A DNA stretch of 64,000 nucleotides from Spongospora subterranea f. sp. subterranea (taxonomy: Eukaryota), in assembly GCA_049724395.1 (NCBI GenBank), contig JAUGWO010000155.1, forward strand, positions 1-64,000, given 5' to 3'. The notes under the pieces were generated by a model, which saw only the letters and a program-made list of their open reading frames with translations, was not told the DNA's origin and searched no databases. The first letter of the stretch is position 1. Each line of letters opens with the position of its first letter. Of this stretch, positions 63,689-64,000 are shown piece after piece. The translations under genes were made by a program, and so were the position numbers.

Positions 63689-64000
63689 TCAAAGTCTGCT
63701 CTTGGTCGGCTGACATGCTAGGACAGGTTCAATGAATAACTTTCGATGTTGTTTCGAACAATCTAAATACCTGGTACAAAGGCCGCCTACCTGGTTCACC
63801 AATAAACTTAAATCGGTGTCGACCAATGAATGGCGAGCATGTTCCACCACAACGCGAAGATGTTTGGCATATTCATGGCAATCATTTGCCATTTGACGAG
63901 CCACATTAACGATGCTTTTTTTCATTTCTATCACGGCTTCAGAATTCTGTTGCGCAATTTCTGTCAGCTGAATTTGTAAAAGAGATTAGCCATCCATTCT
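63689..64000 (-). CDS. 3' part of a hypothetical gene running off the window
   Basis: Helical-looking ORF 63689..63934, open toward the window end. Confidence 0.35.

Overview
Eukaryotic nuclear DNA with short (~45-70 bp, some longer) GT-AG introns and tightly packed genes. Gene content and intron style suggest a plasmodiophorid/rhizarian plant parasite; this is inference, not proven. The window has four parts. (1) ~1-18.2 kb is repeat-rich: a Ty3/Gypsy gag-protease remnant, two complementary RNase H fragments, a 185-bp tandem repeat, a full-length PIF/Harbinger element (TIRs plus TAA TSD), a hAT element, a candidate SINE in two copies, a fold-back element, and a ~6.5-kb inverted duplication. 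That duplication carries two divergently transcribed secreted-protein genes, each with three copies of a Cys/His-rich repeat I do not recognise. (2) ~19-46 kb is a gene block: an RPEL-RhoGAP-WW-calpain-III protein, a membrane-anchored CE4 polysaccharide deacetylase with a CBM2-like tail, a DUF2062-like protein, USP14/Ubp6, mitochondrial ThrRS, an AF4/FMR2-CHD-like protein, GCP3 and hypotheticals. (3) 46.9-52.9 kb is a nest of chromodomain-type Ty3/Gypsy remnants bounded by a GACGT direct repeat; its 3' LTR is a ~245-bp hairpin and it contains at least four more fold-back duplications. (4) 53.6-64 kb holds an ENA-type P-ATPase, MnmA/TRMU, an RBM5/10-like protein and hypotheticals. The best novelty candidates are the palindromic LTR nest, the inverted effector-like gene pair with its repeat domain, a repeat motif found in the spacers of two unrelated palindromes, and the RhoGAP architecture. 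All gene models were read by eye, so coordinates of multi-exon genes are approximate.
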